From: an uncultured virus (IMG/VR IMGVR_UViG_3300049846_001141)
Taxonomy: Duplodnaviria > Heunggongvirae > Uroviricota > Caudoviricetes
Strand: one strand, 5' to 3'
Length of the DNA stretch: 64,000 bases
IMG/VR virus record: IMGVR_UViG_3300049846_001141
Shown here: positions 37,522 through 45,994 of the stretch, piece by piece
Numbering within the stretch: position 1 is the first letter of the stretch
How the letters are laid out: the number at the start of each line of letters is the position of its first letter
The notes under the pieces: generated by a model
What the model was told of the DNA's origin: nothing
Seen by the model: only the letters and a program-made list of their open reading frames with translations
Database searches by the model: none
Translations under genes and position numbers: made by a program

Positions 37522-37890
37522 ATGACTCAAGAACACCCGATCACCCCACCGCCTGAGCTCGTGAAGCAGTGGCGAGAAATGCCTGAGTATGCCAGCATCT
37601 CAGAAAAGCTTTTCACAGTCAATATCACAACAAACAAGCTTCAAGACATCGCCACCCAAGCCGCCCGCTGGGGCGCTGATCAGGAGCTGGAGGCGTGCTG
37701 TGAGTATGAGGCAACGGTTTATTCAACCGACTGTGCAGACGGTCTCCGTCGCCATCGCCGCCCCGAGCCGCCGAGCTTGAAGGAGCAGGCATTAGCGGCG
37801 TTAGACGAAGCGGTAATGCGTGGTGACTGCATCACTGTCTCTGACGCATTGCGGCCCATCCGCCGCGCACTTGAATCCCTACCTGATTAG
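37522..37890 (+). CDS. Hypothetical protein, cassette-like ORF 1
   Basis: GAGG SD; MTQEHPITPPPEL; TAG stop forms the left arm of TAGT-N7-ACTA. Confidence 0.75.
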   Translation: MTQEHPITPPPELVKQWREMPEYASISEKLFTVNITTNKLQDIATQAARWGADQELEACCEYEATVYSTDCADGLRRHRRPEPPSLKEQALAALDEAVMRGDCITVSDALRPIRRALESLPD

Positions 37891-37908
37891 TCAACATCAC
37901 TAACCACC

Positions 37909-38118
37909 ATGACTGACTTTTGTTTATCCGTCGATTCTCCAGATAGCTCTTCTATCAGTTTCCATATGAGCCCGGCTTCTGAGGAAGTCATCCGAATCGA
38001 CGCCAAAGGCTTCCATTACCGAGGCCAGTTCATCGCTGATGCAGGCGAAGCGCACCGTTTATTGGTGGAGTTTCTACGCAAACACCAACCAGATACTGAC
38101 TGGCAACACGCCGAGTAG
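37909..38118 (+). CDS. Hypothetical protein, cassette-like ORF 2
   Basis: EVIRID.KGFHYRGQFIADAGEAHRL; starts 6 bp after a site and stops in the next. Confidence 0.7.
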   Translation: MTDFCLSVDSPDSSSISFHMSPASEEVIRIDAKGFHYRGQFIADAGEAHRLLVEFLRKHQPDTDWQHAE

Positions 38119-38132
38119 TCCGATCAACTCCG

Positions 38133-38330
38133 ATGTCTGAGTTTCCATTTATCTACGTCTGCAGCCACGCAGGGAAGATCGGTAATTTCCGCTGGGTCAA
38201 TTCAGACACCCGCTGGCCAGACTGGATTCACAGGCGTTGGATTGGCTCAGCAATGCGGAAGGGTTACTGGGGCCGTTGCGGTTTAGTCAACCCTCCGGGA
38301 TCTCCAGATAGTTCCCCGCCGCTTCCTTAG
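38133..38330 (+). CDS. Hypothetical protein, cassette-like ORF 3
   Basis: Starts 2 bp after a site and stops in the next. Confidence 0.6.
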   Translation: MSEFPFIYVCSHAGKIGNFRWVNSDTRWPDWIHRRWIGSAMRKGYWGRCGLVNPPGSPDSSPPLP

Positions 38331-38420
38331 TCAAACCCACTAGCCAGCTCCTAATTTCCGCCTAATTAGGAGTTGACACAGACCCGCTCTTCCCTACTAC
38401 ACTGCACACGTTCCAAACCG

Positions 38421-38825
38421 ATGAACATGTACATCCTTTCGGAAGCTCAGTTTGATCAGGTCATCAAAGCTCTTGATGCTGCTCGCTTTGCTCTTGATAC
38501 GTGCCAGCACGTTGAGCTGGATCTGACCAATCCCAAGCAGACGATCCCGCTGCCCGCTGGCGAGAAAATTGTACGTACAACTGCCGTACGCCAGTCTCAA
38601 AGTAAGACTCGTAAGTCCAGCCGCAAGGGACAGCGTGGGGTGGCGGTGTTGACTGAGGCGAAGGTGCTGGAAATCAAGCGCCAGTTGGCTGCGGGCGGGA
38701 AGTCGGTGGCCAAGATCGCTAAGGAGTTTGGCGTGCACTCCACGACGGTGAATTGCATCAAATGGGGCCGCACGTGGAAACACGTTGTGCTCCAGCAGGA
38801 AACCGTTGCCACTGCGGCGGCGTGA
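38421..38825 (+). CDS. HTH DNA-binding protein
   Basis: LTEAKVLEIK...IAKEFGV...TVNCIK.GRTWKHV; TTGACA at 38373. Confidence 0.75.
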   Translation: MNMYILSEAQFDQVIKALDAARFALDTCQHVELDLTNPKQTIPLPAGEKIVRTTAVRQSQSKTRKSSRKGQRGVAVLTEAKVLEIKRQLAAGGKSVAKIAKEFGVHSTTVNCIKWGRTWKHVVLQQETVATAAA

Positions 38826-39334
38826 GCATCCTGTGTGACATTGACATTCACACGTTGGCGAGGAGGGAGCTTGTTACTCCCTTCGATCCAGCCCTGGTGA
38901 ATCCCGCGAGTCTCGATGTGAGACTCGGTGAGAATTTGCTGGTGGAGTTACCGACGACTTCCAGCTTGGTGCCCTATTCCATTGCTGGGCACACGCAGGA
39001 AAAGCCGTTCATGCTCCAGCCGCATGAGTTCGTTCTGGCTGAAACGCTGGAGGAGTTCAAGCTGCCTGACTGTATTGCTGGGCAACTGGCGCTCAAGTCG
39101 AGCCGGGCTAGGGAAGGTATCGAGCATTTGCTTGCTGGATACATAGATCCTGGTTATAGCGGGAGACTGACGCTGGAATTGCAAAATGCGCGTTCCATGC
39201 ACCCCGTTGGTCTATGGCCTGGGATGCGGATTGCACAGATTGTGTTCCATCGGATGACGATGCTGCCCAGCAAGGACTACTCCCACACTGGGAGGTATCA
39301 AGGAGACAAAACCGTTCAGGCTTCTAAAGGATGA
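38822..39334 (+). CDS. dcd: dCTP deaminase
   Basis: NPASLDVRLG, KSSRAREG, AGYIDPGYSGRLTLEL, RIAQ, YQG. Confidence 0.9.
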   Translation: MSILCDIDIHTLARRELVTPFDPALVNPASLDVRLGENLLVELPTTSSLVPYSIAGHTQEKPFMLQPHEFVLAETLEEFKLPDCIAGQLALKSSRAREGIEHLLAGYIDPGYSGRLTLELQNARSMHPVGLWPGMRIAQIVFHRMTMLPSKDYSHTGRYQGDKTVQASKG

Positions 39335-39573
39335 GCGATCCAGTCAACCATCCGTCGCACTACACGGCGGGCAAAGTCGAAGTAATCGACGTTATTGAAG
39401 ACTGGGTTAGGCCAGCTCCAGATGCTGTTGTTGGTGGCTTGCATTGGCAGGTCATTAAATACATCAGTCGGGCGTGGCTGAAAAAAGATCCTTATGAGGA
39501 TTTTTGTAAGGCTCGTTGGTACCTAAACCGCCTCATCAATACCTTGGCTACGGAGGCGTACCAAGACCGATGA
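39331..39573 (+). CDS. DUF3310 family protein
   Basis: DPVNHPSHYT...KY..R...K...ED..KARWYL. Confidence 0.85.
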   Translation: MSDPVNHPSHYTAGKVEVIDVIEDWVRPAPDAVVGGLHWQVIKYISRAWLKKDPYEDFCKARWYLNRLINTLATEAYQDR

Positions 39574-39770
39574 GGCATTGGTGGCGAATTGTCGCCAAGG
39601 CCCTTGGAGAGAAGGCGCACCAGCGTGACCAGATTGCTGATCAGGTTGCACTGGTGCGTTTTTGTATCTTGGCGGCCTACATGATCACAAACATTTTCAT
39701 TTGCGCAGGCGTTATCCGTCACTGGAATGACCAAAACTGTCAAGCTAATCCACTGCACGCCGGACGCTGA
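39570..39770 (+). CDS. Small membrane protein
   Basis: WRI.AKALGEKA...AD..A.VR...Y.ITN.FI.AGVIRHW. Confidence 0.7.
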   Translation: MRHWWRIVAKALGEKAHQRDQIADQVALVRFCILAAYMITNIFICAGVIRHWNDQNCQANPLHAGR

Positions 39771-40365
39771 AAAGCTCATCGTCAAGATGGCTCGCGTCAG
39801 CAACCCGCAGAACCAAGAGAACTGGGATACCGGGCCTAAATTGCTTGGCTATCTCATCAAACACAAGCACTGGAGCCCGTTTGAGATGGCTTCGATGTGC
39901 GTCGAAATTAAAACTGAGCGTGATATAGCGGCGCAGATTTTGCGTCATAGGAGTTTTTCATTCCAGGAATTTAGTCAGCGCTATGCGAAGACTTCTCCAG
40001 CGGAATGTCCTCACATGCGGTTGCAAGATGAGAAAAATAGGCAGAACAGTTTGGACGGGCTTGATAACGCTACGCAGGCGTTTTGGGCGAATGAGACTGG
40101 CAAAGTAATCATGCAAAGTTACACGTTGTATCAAACACTTCTAGATGCAGGTATAGCTAAAGAAACAGCACGGCGTATTTTGCCGTTGTGCACGCCAACG
40201 ACGATGTACATGCATGGAACGTTGCGGTCATGGCTGCACTACATCGAGGTGCGGACTGATCCTGGGACGCAGCTGGAACACAGACAGATTGCGCTCCAGT
40301 GCAAAGACATTTTTACTCAGTGCTTTCCAGTTATTGCGGAGGCTGCTTTCGATGAGGTGCGCTAA
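39727..40365 (+). CDS. thyX: FAD-dependent thymidylate synthase
   Basis: HWSPFE, QILRHRSFSFQEFSQRY, ETAR..LP, TQ.EHR. Confidence 0.95.
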   Translation: MTKTVKLIHCTPDAEKLIVKMARVSNPQNQENWDTGPKLLGYLIKHKHWSPFEMASMCVEIKTERDIAAQILRHRSFSFQEFSQRYAKTSPAECPHMRLQDEKNRQNSLDGLDNATQAFWANETGKVIMQSYTLYQTLLDAGIAKETARRILPLCTPTTMYMHGTLRSWLHYIEVRTDPGTQLEHRQIALQCKDIFTQCFPVIAEAAFDEVR

Positions 40366-40561
40366 GTGCGATTTCAAGCGGATGGATGTAGACCGCACTT
40401 GTCGGGATACAGCCGAGTCAATACTGCGTAAACGCAAATGCCCGGAGTGTGGTCACACCGTTTTTACGGTGGAAGTAGAACTACCGGATGGGGCGGCATG
40501 TCATTCACAGCAATTCACCCTTAAGCGCTTACCTGGATTTTTACGTGTTCATTTTTCGTAA
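40352..40561 (+). CDS. Zn-ribbon protein (resembles the NrdR N-terminus)
   Basis: MRCAKC...RKRKCPECGH...T.E. Confidence 0.7.
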   Translation: MRCAKCDFKRMDVDRTCRDTAESILRKRKCPECGHTVFTVEVELPDGAACHSQQFTLKRLPGFLRVHFS

Positions 40562-40836
40562 TGGCAGTCACAATTAACAGCAGGCCGTGCCAGCAGTGCG
40601 GTAAACACACGACAAATCCGGTCATGTGTATGAGGTGTTATCGCTCCAGTCCTGCTGGCTTGGAGGAGATTCGGATGGATCGGTTGCGCCAGAGTTACAA
40701 GCCTCAGGAAGGTGGTGGGCCGTGTAAGCACTGCGTTCATTGGGAAAAGCGGTGTTTGCTGGGACTTCCCGAGGGTGGGACACTCGCGGCGGCGGTGTTG
40801 TGTTCGGCGCGGGAGGTTGACAGCCTGCTAGAGTAG
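40561..40836 (+). CDS. Cys-rich hypothetical protein
   Basis: Several CxxC pairs. Confidence 0.7.
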   Translation: MAVTINSRPCQQCGKHTTNPVMCMRCYRSSPAGLEEIRMDRLRQSYKPQEGGGPCKHCVHWEKRCLLGLPEGGTLAAAVLCSAREVDSLLE

Positions 40837-40861
40837 TAGGGTACAAGTTGCCCTACCAGGC

Positions 40862-42688
40862 TTGGACTTTCTTCTTGGCATCGAGCATCTCCACACGCTC
40901 GACGATGAACGGCTGATCGCGTTTGACTCGGAGACGACGCAGCTCCAGCCGAAGATGGGTGGGATGCGGCTTTTGCAGTTGGGTGCTCCAGGCAAACAGC
41001 CTGTGGTGCTCGACTGCTTTGATTTGGACGACAACGACTGGATCACAGTCGAAGAGTTTTTCGGTGTAGAGCGCACTTGGGTGGCGCACAACGCGGTGTT
41101 TGATCTCGGCTGGCTGCAAGAGCACGAGATTTATCCGGCGGGCAAAGTGTTGTGCACCATGCTGGCGAGTCGGATTCTTACCAACGGGATGCCCAACGTG
41201 AAGCACGGGCTCCAGCACTTGGTAAAACGCTACCTGCACGAGGATATTTCTAAGGAAGAGCAGAAGAGCGATTGGTCGGGTGATCTGACCGAGAGCCAGC
41301 TGGAATATGCGGCAAAGGATGTGTTGGTGTTGTTGGATTTGTTTGATCAGATCCAGCAGAGGATGGCGACGGCTGCGCTCCACCCGGCTTGGTATCTGGA
41401 GTGCAATGCGTTGCCAGCTATGGCGCAGTTGTGGCGAACTGGCCTTCCTTTTAATGAGAAAGACCTAAAGCAGTTGATTGAAGATCTCGATATTGAGCAT
41501 TACGAAGTAGGCGAAAAGTTTATTGAGGATTTTGATGCTGCACTGTCCGAAGGTGACAAGCTGTGCCGTGGGATTGATGGGAAGTTGCTGTACCAGACAA
41601 AGCCTGGGCCGAAGGGTAAAAAGGTCGATCCAAACGTGTTCAACCTCAATAGTCCGGCGCAGCTGTTGAAAAAATTCACTGCGTTGTTGGGCGAGGCGCC
41701 GATTGACGCAAAGAACGGAAAGCCCAGTGCTAGTCGGATGGCGCTCCAGGAATATGTTGGGGATCACAAGATTGTGGCTGATTATTTGCGGTGGAAAAAA
41801 GTTGAAAAGAAGCGCCAGATGGCGGAGTCGTTATTGAAAAGTTTGGCGAAGGATGGGTTTATTCGTGCCAGCTATATGCAAATGGGGGCTGATACCGGAA
41901 GGATGAGTTGCATGAGTCCCAACTTGCAACAGATTCCAAGGGATCAACGGTTTAGGGCTTGTGTTCAAGCGCCAGAAGGATGGAAATTTGTGGTGGCGGA
42001 CTATGGGCAGATGGAGTTGAGGTTGGCGGCGGCGGAAGCTAAGGATTCTCTTATGACTCAGGTGTTCCAGCAGGGGAAAGACCTTCATACGATTACGGCG
42101 ACGCAGATTTATGGGGTCGCAGAGGGTGAAGTTACAAAGGAGCAGCGTCAGATCAGTAAGTCGGCGAATTTCGGGTTGCTCTATGGCTCGGGTGCAAAAG
42201 GACTCCGAAACTATGCGGCCTCGACCGGAGTACAGATGGATCTTGCTGAGGCTGCGGAAGTGCGGGAAAAGTTTCACGCTGCATATAAAGGCATCTCCGC
42301 ATGGCAGCGCAAAAATGCTCGCGATGCTGATGCGGCTAAGGACAATCCATCTATCCGCATACGCATCTCGGGCTTGCGGCGGTTTTTACCGGGCGAGAAC
42401 AACAAACTCACCACGCGCTGTAATACACCAATCCAAGGGGCTGGTGCAGCAGTCCTCAAACTTACTCTCGGCAAATTGTGGCCGTTACTCCACGCCGACG
42501 GGGAAGATGTTGTGCGCTTGGCCGGCGTGGTGCATGACGAGATCATCTTGCTCGTCGCTGAAGAACACGCCGACACTTGGGCGCTCCAGCTGCAATCCGT
42601 GATGGAAGAGTGTGAGGCGAAGTGGTTAGGCGAGATTCCGCCGCTTGCCGAAGCTAAGGTCGGGGATAGCTGGGATCAGGCGAAGTGA
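40862..42688 (+). CDS. polA: DNA polymerase family A with 3'-5' exonuclease
   Basis: FDSET, HNAVFD, YAAKD, PNLQQIP, DYGQMELR, KSANFGLLYG, VHDEI. Confidence 0.95.
   Translation: MDFLLGIEHLHTLDDERLIAFDSETTQLQPKMGGMRLLQLGAPGKQPVVLDCFDLDDNDWITVEEFFGVERTWVAHNAVFDLGWLQEHEIYPAGKVLCTMLASRILTNGMPNVKHGLQHLVKRYLHEDISKEEQKSDWSGDLTESQLEYAAKDVLVLLDLFDQIQQRMATAALHPAWYLECNALPAMAQLWRTGLPFNEKDLKQLIEDLDIEHYEVGEKFIEDFDAALSEGDKLCRGIDGKLLYQTKPGPKGKKVDPNVFNLNSPAQLLKKFTALLGEAPIDAKNGKPSASRMALQEYVGDHKIVADYLRWKKVEKKRQMAESLLKSLAKDGFIRASYMQMGADTGRMSCMSPNLQQIPRDQRFRACVQAPEGWKFVVADYGQMELRLAAAEAKDSLMTQVFQQGKDLHTITATQIYGVAEGEVTKEQRQISKSANFGLLYGSGAKGLRNYAASTGVQMDLAEAAEVREKFHAAYKGISAWQRKNARDADAAKDNPSIRIRISGLRRFLPGENNKLTTRCNTPIQGAGAAVLKLTLGKLWPLLHADGEDVVRLAGVVHDEIILLVAEEHADTWALQLQSVMEECEAKWLGEIPPLAEAKVGDSWDQAK
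42275..42420 (+). repeat. Exact 146-bp direct repeat, copy 2
   Basis: Identical to 1-146. Confidence 0.95.
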
Positions 42689-42867
42689 GCCCCGAACAGG
42701 TCGTCGAAGACTACGAATACCGAGTGCGGATGCACCCGCGCCACGGTGGTACGCACGACCTGTTTGTTACTGCTCCAGATGCTTTCACCGCGAGGATGAG
42801 GGCTCTGGAGCTTTGTCCTGATCAGCACGTTCAGTCGATCTTGAGAGTCTCAGAGTTAGACGCATGA
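42685..42867 (+). CDS. Hypothetical protein
   Basis: Homologue of 411-581. Confidence 0.7.
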   Translation: MSPEQVVEDYEYRVRMHPRHGGTHDLFVTAPDAFTARMRALELCPDQHVQSILRVSELDA

Positions 42868-43079
42868 GTCTCCCGCGGACAGGTAGAGAACTTGTGATGG
42901 AGTGGTTGATGCGGGAGATTCGGCAGGCGAAGACTGCGGATTTGCATCGGGCTGCGGCGTTTCTGGAGTGGGCGCGGGGTATTCGGAAAGGCTGTACCAA
43001 GCAGCGTTCCAGTGCAAGGGCGGCGCAGTCCAATGCTTGGCGGAAGGATGTGGATGATGACGTGCGCTGGCGGGTCTAG
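42864..43079 (+). CDS. Hypothetical protein
   Basis: Homologue of 578-793. Confidence 0.8.
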   Translation: MSLPRTGRELVMEWLMREIRQAKTADLHRAAAFLEWARGIRKGCTKQRSSARAAQSNAWRKDVDDDVRWRV

Positions 43080-43122
43080 TGTGTCGCAGTATGCTACTGT
43101 GTAGCAGACTAGAGAAGCAGCA

Positions 43123-43398
43123 ATGCCGCTGAAGCACGGGTCAAAAATTTATTGCCAGTTGCTGCTTGACAGCCATCGCTACAAATTGGCCGAGCAGCTT
43201 GCAGCCAGTGAAGGCAAGCGGGTAACTGGAATGTTGAGGGATATGGTTTACGCCGCTTTGGAGAAGGCTGTTCCAACGTCGGATTACAAGGCTGCGGAAG
43301 CTGCTGATAAGGCGGCCTGGGCGGAGTCGGTGCAACGGCGGGTACAGGGAAGGATGCGCTCCAAGCAAGAAGGAAGTGGGTTAGAGCAAGACGCATGA
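43123..43398 (+). CDS. Hypothetical protein
   Basis: Homologue of 837-1112. Confidence 0.75.
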   Translation: MPLKHGSKIYCQLLLDSHRYKLAEQLAASEGKRVTGMLRDMVYAALEKAVPTSDYKAAEAADKAAWAESVQRRVQGRMRSKQEGSGLEQDA

Positions 43399-43476
43399 GA
43401 CTTAGTGAAATGTCTTCATAGTCTGGTTCCAACAGGCTAAACTTACTAGGCTTACACAGTAAATCATTTGAAGGTA

Positions 43477-43692
43477 ATGACGCGCTATGTCGTCATGGTT
43501 GAAGATCGCTGGGTTACGGCGGTTTACGGCCCTGGCAAAGGTATTGGTCTCACCGCATCCAAGGAAGATGCATCCAGCTGGGTTACGTACGAACGAGCTA
43601 TCGCTGCGGCGCGAGCTGTTGCTGAGTGCACTAACAGCAACGTTGCTGTTCATAGCGTCGATGAACCCACCTACCCCAAATCATGGAAGTAA
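43477..43692 (+). CDS. Hypothetical protein
   Basis: Homologue of 1191-1406. Confidence 0.75.
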   Translation: MTRYVVMVEDRWVTAVYGPGKGIGLTASKEDASSWVTYERAIAAARAVAECTNSNVAVHSVDEPTYPKSWK

Positions 43693-44000
43693 CTCCGTTC
43701 CAGCAACAACTCGACCCTGAAGTTCGTCTTGGCGAGGGACGTTCACGTACCAGTGCTGAAAAGACTGAGCTGTTTGAATTGAAGATTTGGCTGCCTGGTC
43801 AAGGCGCTATGCGGGATTTGGTGCGAGCAGAGTCTCTCCAGCAGGCTTTGCTATTTGCAGCAAATCGTTACCCGAATTGCAAGGTGGAGGTGCCGTCACA
43901 GGCGGCAAAAAAACCTAGGCTGGTGCGCTCGAACAATGGGCCGAAAGAATCGGCCCGGCGTCGTCTCAAACTAGTGGAGAGTAAAAATGAACAACCCTGA
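43683..44000 (+). CDS. Hypothetical protein
   Basis: Homologue of 1397-1714. Confidence 0.8.
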   Translation: MEVTPFQQQLDPEVRLGEGRSRTSAEKTELFELKIWLPGQGAMRDLVRAESLQQALLFAANRYPNCKVEVPSQAAKKPRLVRSNNGPKESARRRLKLVESKNEQP

Positions 44001-44160
44001 ACTTGCTGATTGGGCTCGGCAGAACTGGGGCCAAGTGATCGTCGATCATTCCCGGATGGATCTGCTCGAAAAGTTGTATGAGTGGGATGGGCGCTCCAAT
44101 CCAGAGCATCCAAATCACCACACGTATACAGGTTTGTACGAAAAGTACAGCCAGCGTTAG
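43987..44160 (+). CDS. Hypothetical protein
   Basis: Homologue of 1701-1874. Confidence 0.75.
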   Translation: MNNPELADWARQNWGQVIVDHSRMDLLEKLYEWDGRSNPEHPNHHTYTGLYEKYSQR

Positions 44161-44378
44161 GCCGAATTGCGGTCTAACCCGAATTGATCGGCCAGGTTAT
44201 CGGCGGCTTCGCGGATAGCCCAGGCCGATTTTGTTCGTTCCAGCTGGTGGAGTGTGTTCAATACAAGAGCTGCTTCCAAGAGGCCGCGATAATCTTGGCG
44301 GTTAAAAAGATCCACCAGCCATTTGTCGGTGGCGGCTTTGTGGAAGCTGGATTCAGCGGTGTGTTCGATGGGGCGCAT
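44157..44378 (-). CDS. Hypothetical protein
   Basis: Homologue of 1871-2092. Confidence 0.8.
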   Translation of the reverse strand: MRPIEHTAESSFHKAATDKWLVDLFNRQDYRGLLEAALVLNTLHQLERTKSAWAIREAADNLADQFGLDRNSA

Positions 44379-44380
44379 AG

Positions 44381-45508
44381 CTACCTAGGGCGAACTTTTA
44401 AGAACCAGCCGGTGTCATTGCCTTCGATGAGCCAGCGAGGCAGCCAGTTTTTGCGGGAATACGCAACACCAGCGCCTCCCTTGTTACTGACGTAGCCGCC
44501 AGTAGTCAGGTTGGCCTCGCCAAATGGATCGTTGTGGATGAAATGCGTCGGCGTAAATCCGATCACTGCGCTCCAGTGGCCTGTACCACTTGGGTTGCTG
44601 ATGGGTCCTTTGTGTAGCCAGCCGACTGGTACGGGGTAGCCGTGAGTAATTTCGGTTTCTAGGTCTTCGACTGTTCCATCCATCTCAAAGGTGGCGGTTA
44701 GTCCCAGTGATTTCAGTGCTGCAATCTGGGCTTTGGGATCGGTGGTGTCGCCGAAACGAGCGCGGATCTTGTTGTACTCGTAGTCGCCAGAGATTTTGCC
44801 GTAGTAGCGGGCCACCATTGCACAGCTGGAGCTAAAGCACTGGCGATAACCCGTTGCTCCATCGTCTGGTCCGAGCTGGTACTCGTACGCGACCTTGAGG
44901 ATTTTTTCTTTTGGTGCGACCAGTGGTTTCGTGCCAGCGTGCTGGTTCATTAGTTCGATTAACTTACCTGGATAATTTGGATCTGTTGCATATCCTTCTT
45001 TATGTAACCATTTGGCAGCTTCGTCGCGGGTTGCAGCGTTATTGCAGCCTTTGTAGTTTTTGAAGTCTTTGTACCAGTGGTCGACTAGGTACATCACGCA
45101 GGACAGCAGATCGGGAAAGTCGATAAAGCTGTCGGTGATCGTGACCCACTGACCGTTGATGAATTCTTGGGTTTTCTTGTCGCTGCCTTCGCCCTTAAGA
45201 CCAAAAAAGTTATTTCTCCCGGAGACTAGTTTTCCGTAGTTGGATTCCAGTGCCCATTGGGCGGCTACTAGTTCAGGGAATTTGGCGCCGGCAACGCGGG
45301 CGGCTTCAAGAATTCCTTCCCAGCTGTTGGGGAAGTTAGTTTGTTTGCCGGCAACGCTCCAGGTTTTGAACCAGCCTTGGTCGCGACCAAGAATATGGGG
45401 GTTGGCCTTATTGATCGCGGCCTCTAGCTCGGTCAGCGCGGCTGCTTGATGAGGCAGCTGGCGATAATACCGAAAGAGGTCAATCAGGCGGATCTTGTTG
45501 GTTGGCAT
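44381..45508 (-). CDS. Endolysin (GH73-like plus C39-like)
   Basis: Homologue of 2095-3222. Confidence 0.85.
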   Translation of the reverse strand: MPTNKIRLIDLFRYYRQLPHQAAALTELEAAINKANPHILGRDQGWFKTWSVAGKQTNFPNSWEGILEAARVAGAKFPELVAAQWALESNYGKLVSGRNNFFGLKGEGSDKKTQEFINGQWVTITDSFIDFPDLLSCVMYLVDHWYKDFKNYKGCNNAATRDEAAKWLHKEGYATDPNYPGKLIELMNQHAGTKPLVAPKEKILKVAYEYQLGPDDGATGYRQCFSSSCAMVARYYGKISGDYEYNKIRARFGDTTDPKAQIAALKSLGLTATFEMDGTVEDLETEITHGYPVPVGWLHKGPISNPSGTGHWSAVIGFTPTHFIHNDPFGEANLTTGGYVSNKGGAGVAYSRKNWLPRWLIEGNDTGWFLKVRPR

Positions 45509-45770
45509 CGGACCAGGGGGAGTGGATATTCATGGCGCCACCCAGAAGGCGGCTTTCGCCGGTTTGTAGTTCGTCATTTGGTGGTTCGTGAACCACAACG
45601 GGTTTTGGTGTTAATGGCTGATCCGCGTGCCAGTCTTCGATGGCGCGATCCAGGCGTGGTTTGAGCGTGGCGTTGAATTTGTGGTCCTGCGCTGCTTTGC
45701 GTAGGTGATCGCGCCAGCCCTTGTCGCCGAATCGCGCCAGCCAAACTGTGTTGGATCTCAGCGCTTTGGG
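45480..45770 (-). CDS. Start-less ORF, probable -1 frameshift extension of the holin-like gene
   Basis: 97-codon frame entered at C CCA AAG; in-frame TAA just upstream; no early ATG/GTG/TTG. Confidence 0.6.
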   Translation of the reverse strand, partial: PKALRSNTVWLARFGDKGWRDHLRKAAQDHKFNATLKPRLDRAIEDWHADQPLTPKPVVVHEPPNDELQTGESRLLGGAMNIHSPWSDANQQDPPD

Positions 45771-45895
45771 AAAAGCACTTTCAGCGCTTTAATGATCAGC
45801 TGGATCCAGCTGTTCTCTTTGACCGGGAGGATTGCGATGATCTCGGAGCCGGCGGCAACCAAGATTGCAATCACGGCTGCGGTGGTGGGATCCAT
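45758..45895 (-). CDS. Small membrane protein, holin-like (45 aa)
   Basis: MDPTTAAVIAILVAAGSEII...LFPKR. Confidence 0.7.
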   Translation of the reverse strand: MDPTTAAVIAILVAAGSEIIAILPVKENSWIQLIIKALKVLFPKR

Positions 45896-45994
45896 AGGAA
45901 GTAAGGATTCTTGGCAAAGTTTAGCTGTACTAAAGAAGAGATCCAGTGCGCGTAATAGTTTCTACCGCTACATTCTGTGGAGCCACTGCTGGGT

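Larger units (their letters stand above)
37495..38342 (+). other. Array of four (T/C)AGT-N7-ACT(A/C) sites bracketing three small ORFs
   Basis: 37495 CAGTTCTACACACTA; 37888 TAGTCAACATCACTA; 38116 TAGTCCGATCAACTC; 38328 TAGTCAAACCCACTA. Confidence 0.7.
1..42274. mobile_element. Phage genome unit A (complete, circularly permuted tailed phage)
   Basis: Full set of head, tail, lysis, packaging and replication genes; sequence at position 1 recurs at 42275. Confidence 0.9.

Noticed and set aside
37495..38375. CRISPR array
   Set aside because: The repeats are only 4-bp arms with variable cores, the spacers are whole ORFs of unequal length, and there is no cas operon.
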